A stretch of DNA of 64,000 nucleotides from Curvularia clavata (taxonomy: Eukaryota). The translations under genes were made by a program, and so were the position numbers. The DNA lies in the NCBI GenBank assembly GCA_023920165.1, contig CP089280.1, forward strand, positions 1,240,001 through 1,304,000, read 5' to 3'. The first letter of the stretch is position 1, and every line of letters starts with the position of its first letter. The notes below the pieces were generated by a model. It saw only the letters and a program-made list of their open reading frames with translations, was not told the DNA's origin and ran no database searches. Of the stretch, positions 63,525-64,000 are shown one piece after another.

Positions 63525-63965
63525 CTTCCCTCTTAACCTGTTCCTCCCGCTCGCTCTCTTCCTCTCTCACCACTACCTCACCCAGCAACACCACAGCACT
63601 TACTGGTCTGGTCGTACCCAAGGAGCCCCGTCTAACGCTTTCGGCCAGCGCCTCCTGCGCTCGGTTCCCCCTCTGATATCCACTCGCCTCTCTCTCTCCG
63701 CTCTCGCCTCTCCTCGACTCCATCTCTCCTCGCTCCACTCTCCACTCTGCATCCTGTCGGCCCCGGTCTTCTCCACGGCGTTCACGGTCCTCGTCCAGCA
63801 TCCCATTGACCAAGATACCCTCTGGCGTTTGAATTAGCATCCTTGCTCCGTTTTTTGTTTTCTTCTTTCTCCTGCTGCACGCCCGGCCTCGCCCGTTGCG
63901 TGTTGCTTCTGTTTCCATTTTGTCCTCCATTACGAGCCCCTTGGCTCCCCCTTGCATCCCTCCAC
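63525..63965 (+). promoter_or_regulatory. Pyrimidine (CT)-rich tract, likely core promoter/5' leader of a plus-strand gene beyond the window
   Basis: Long CT-rich low-complexity stretch of the kind found near transcription starts in filamentous fungi; no credible CDS. Confidence 0.4.
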
Positions 63966-64000
63966 CATCCGGCTGCCCGTAGCCAGCTGCAACGACCGCA

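Noticed and set aside
63388..63957. 189-aa R/E/G-rich minus ORF
   Set aside because: Artefact of the CT-rich low-complexity tract.

Overview
Eukaryotic, intron-containing DNA from a filamentous ascomycete (Pezizomycotina; short GT-AG introns of about 45-70 nt with CTAAC/CTGAC branch points). About 19 intact protein-coding genes. The left ~11 kb looks accessory: a HET-domain gene, a decayed pogo/Fot1 transposase, a BTB protein, a DUF3176-like membrane protein, a GH134 mannanase and a pseudogene. From 11 to 40 kb are mostly core genes: HECT E3, REI1, RIF1, RIC8, KAR5/Tht1, MRPL6, FAD oxidase, SNF2 helicase, lipase and a TPT-family transporter. The right part holds a subtilisin, an uncharacterised repeat protein, a carboxylesterase, a STAND-N-terminal/ubiquitin-like fusion protein, an SDR, a second pseudogene and a Zn2Cys6 factor. 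I saw no tRNA, rRNA or CRISPR. I cannot claim a new multi-gene system. The best leads are the 7-copy helical-motif protein (48.9-50.7 kb) and the NLR-type N-terminal domain fused to a ubiquitin-like domain, Zn ribbon and Pro-rich tail without an NTPase (54.4-56.3 kb). Family assignments come from motif recognition by eye, not database searches.
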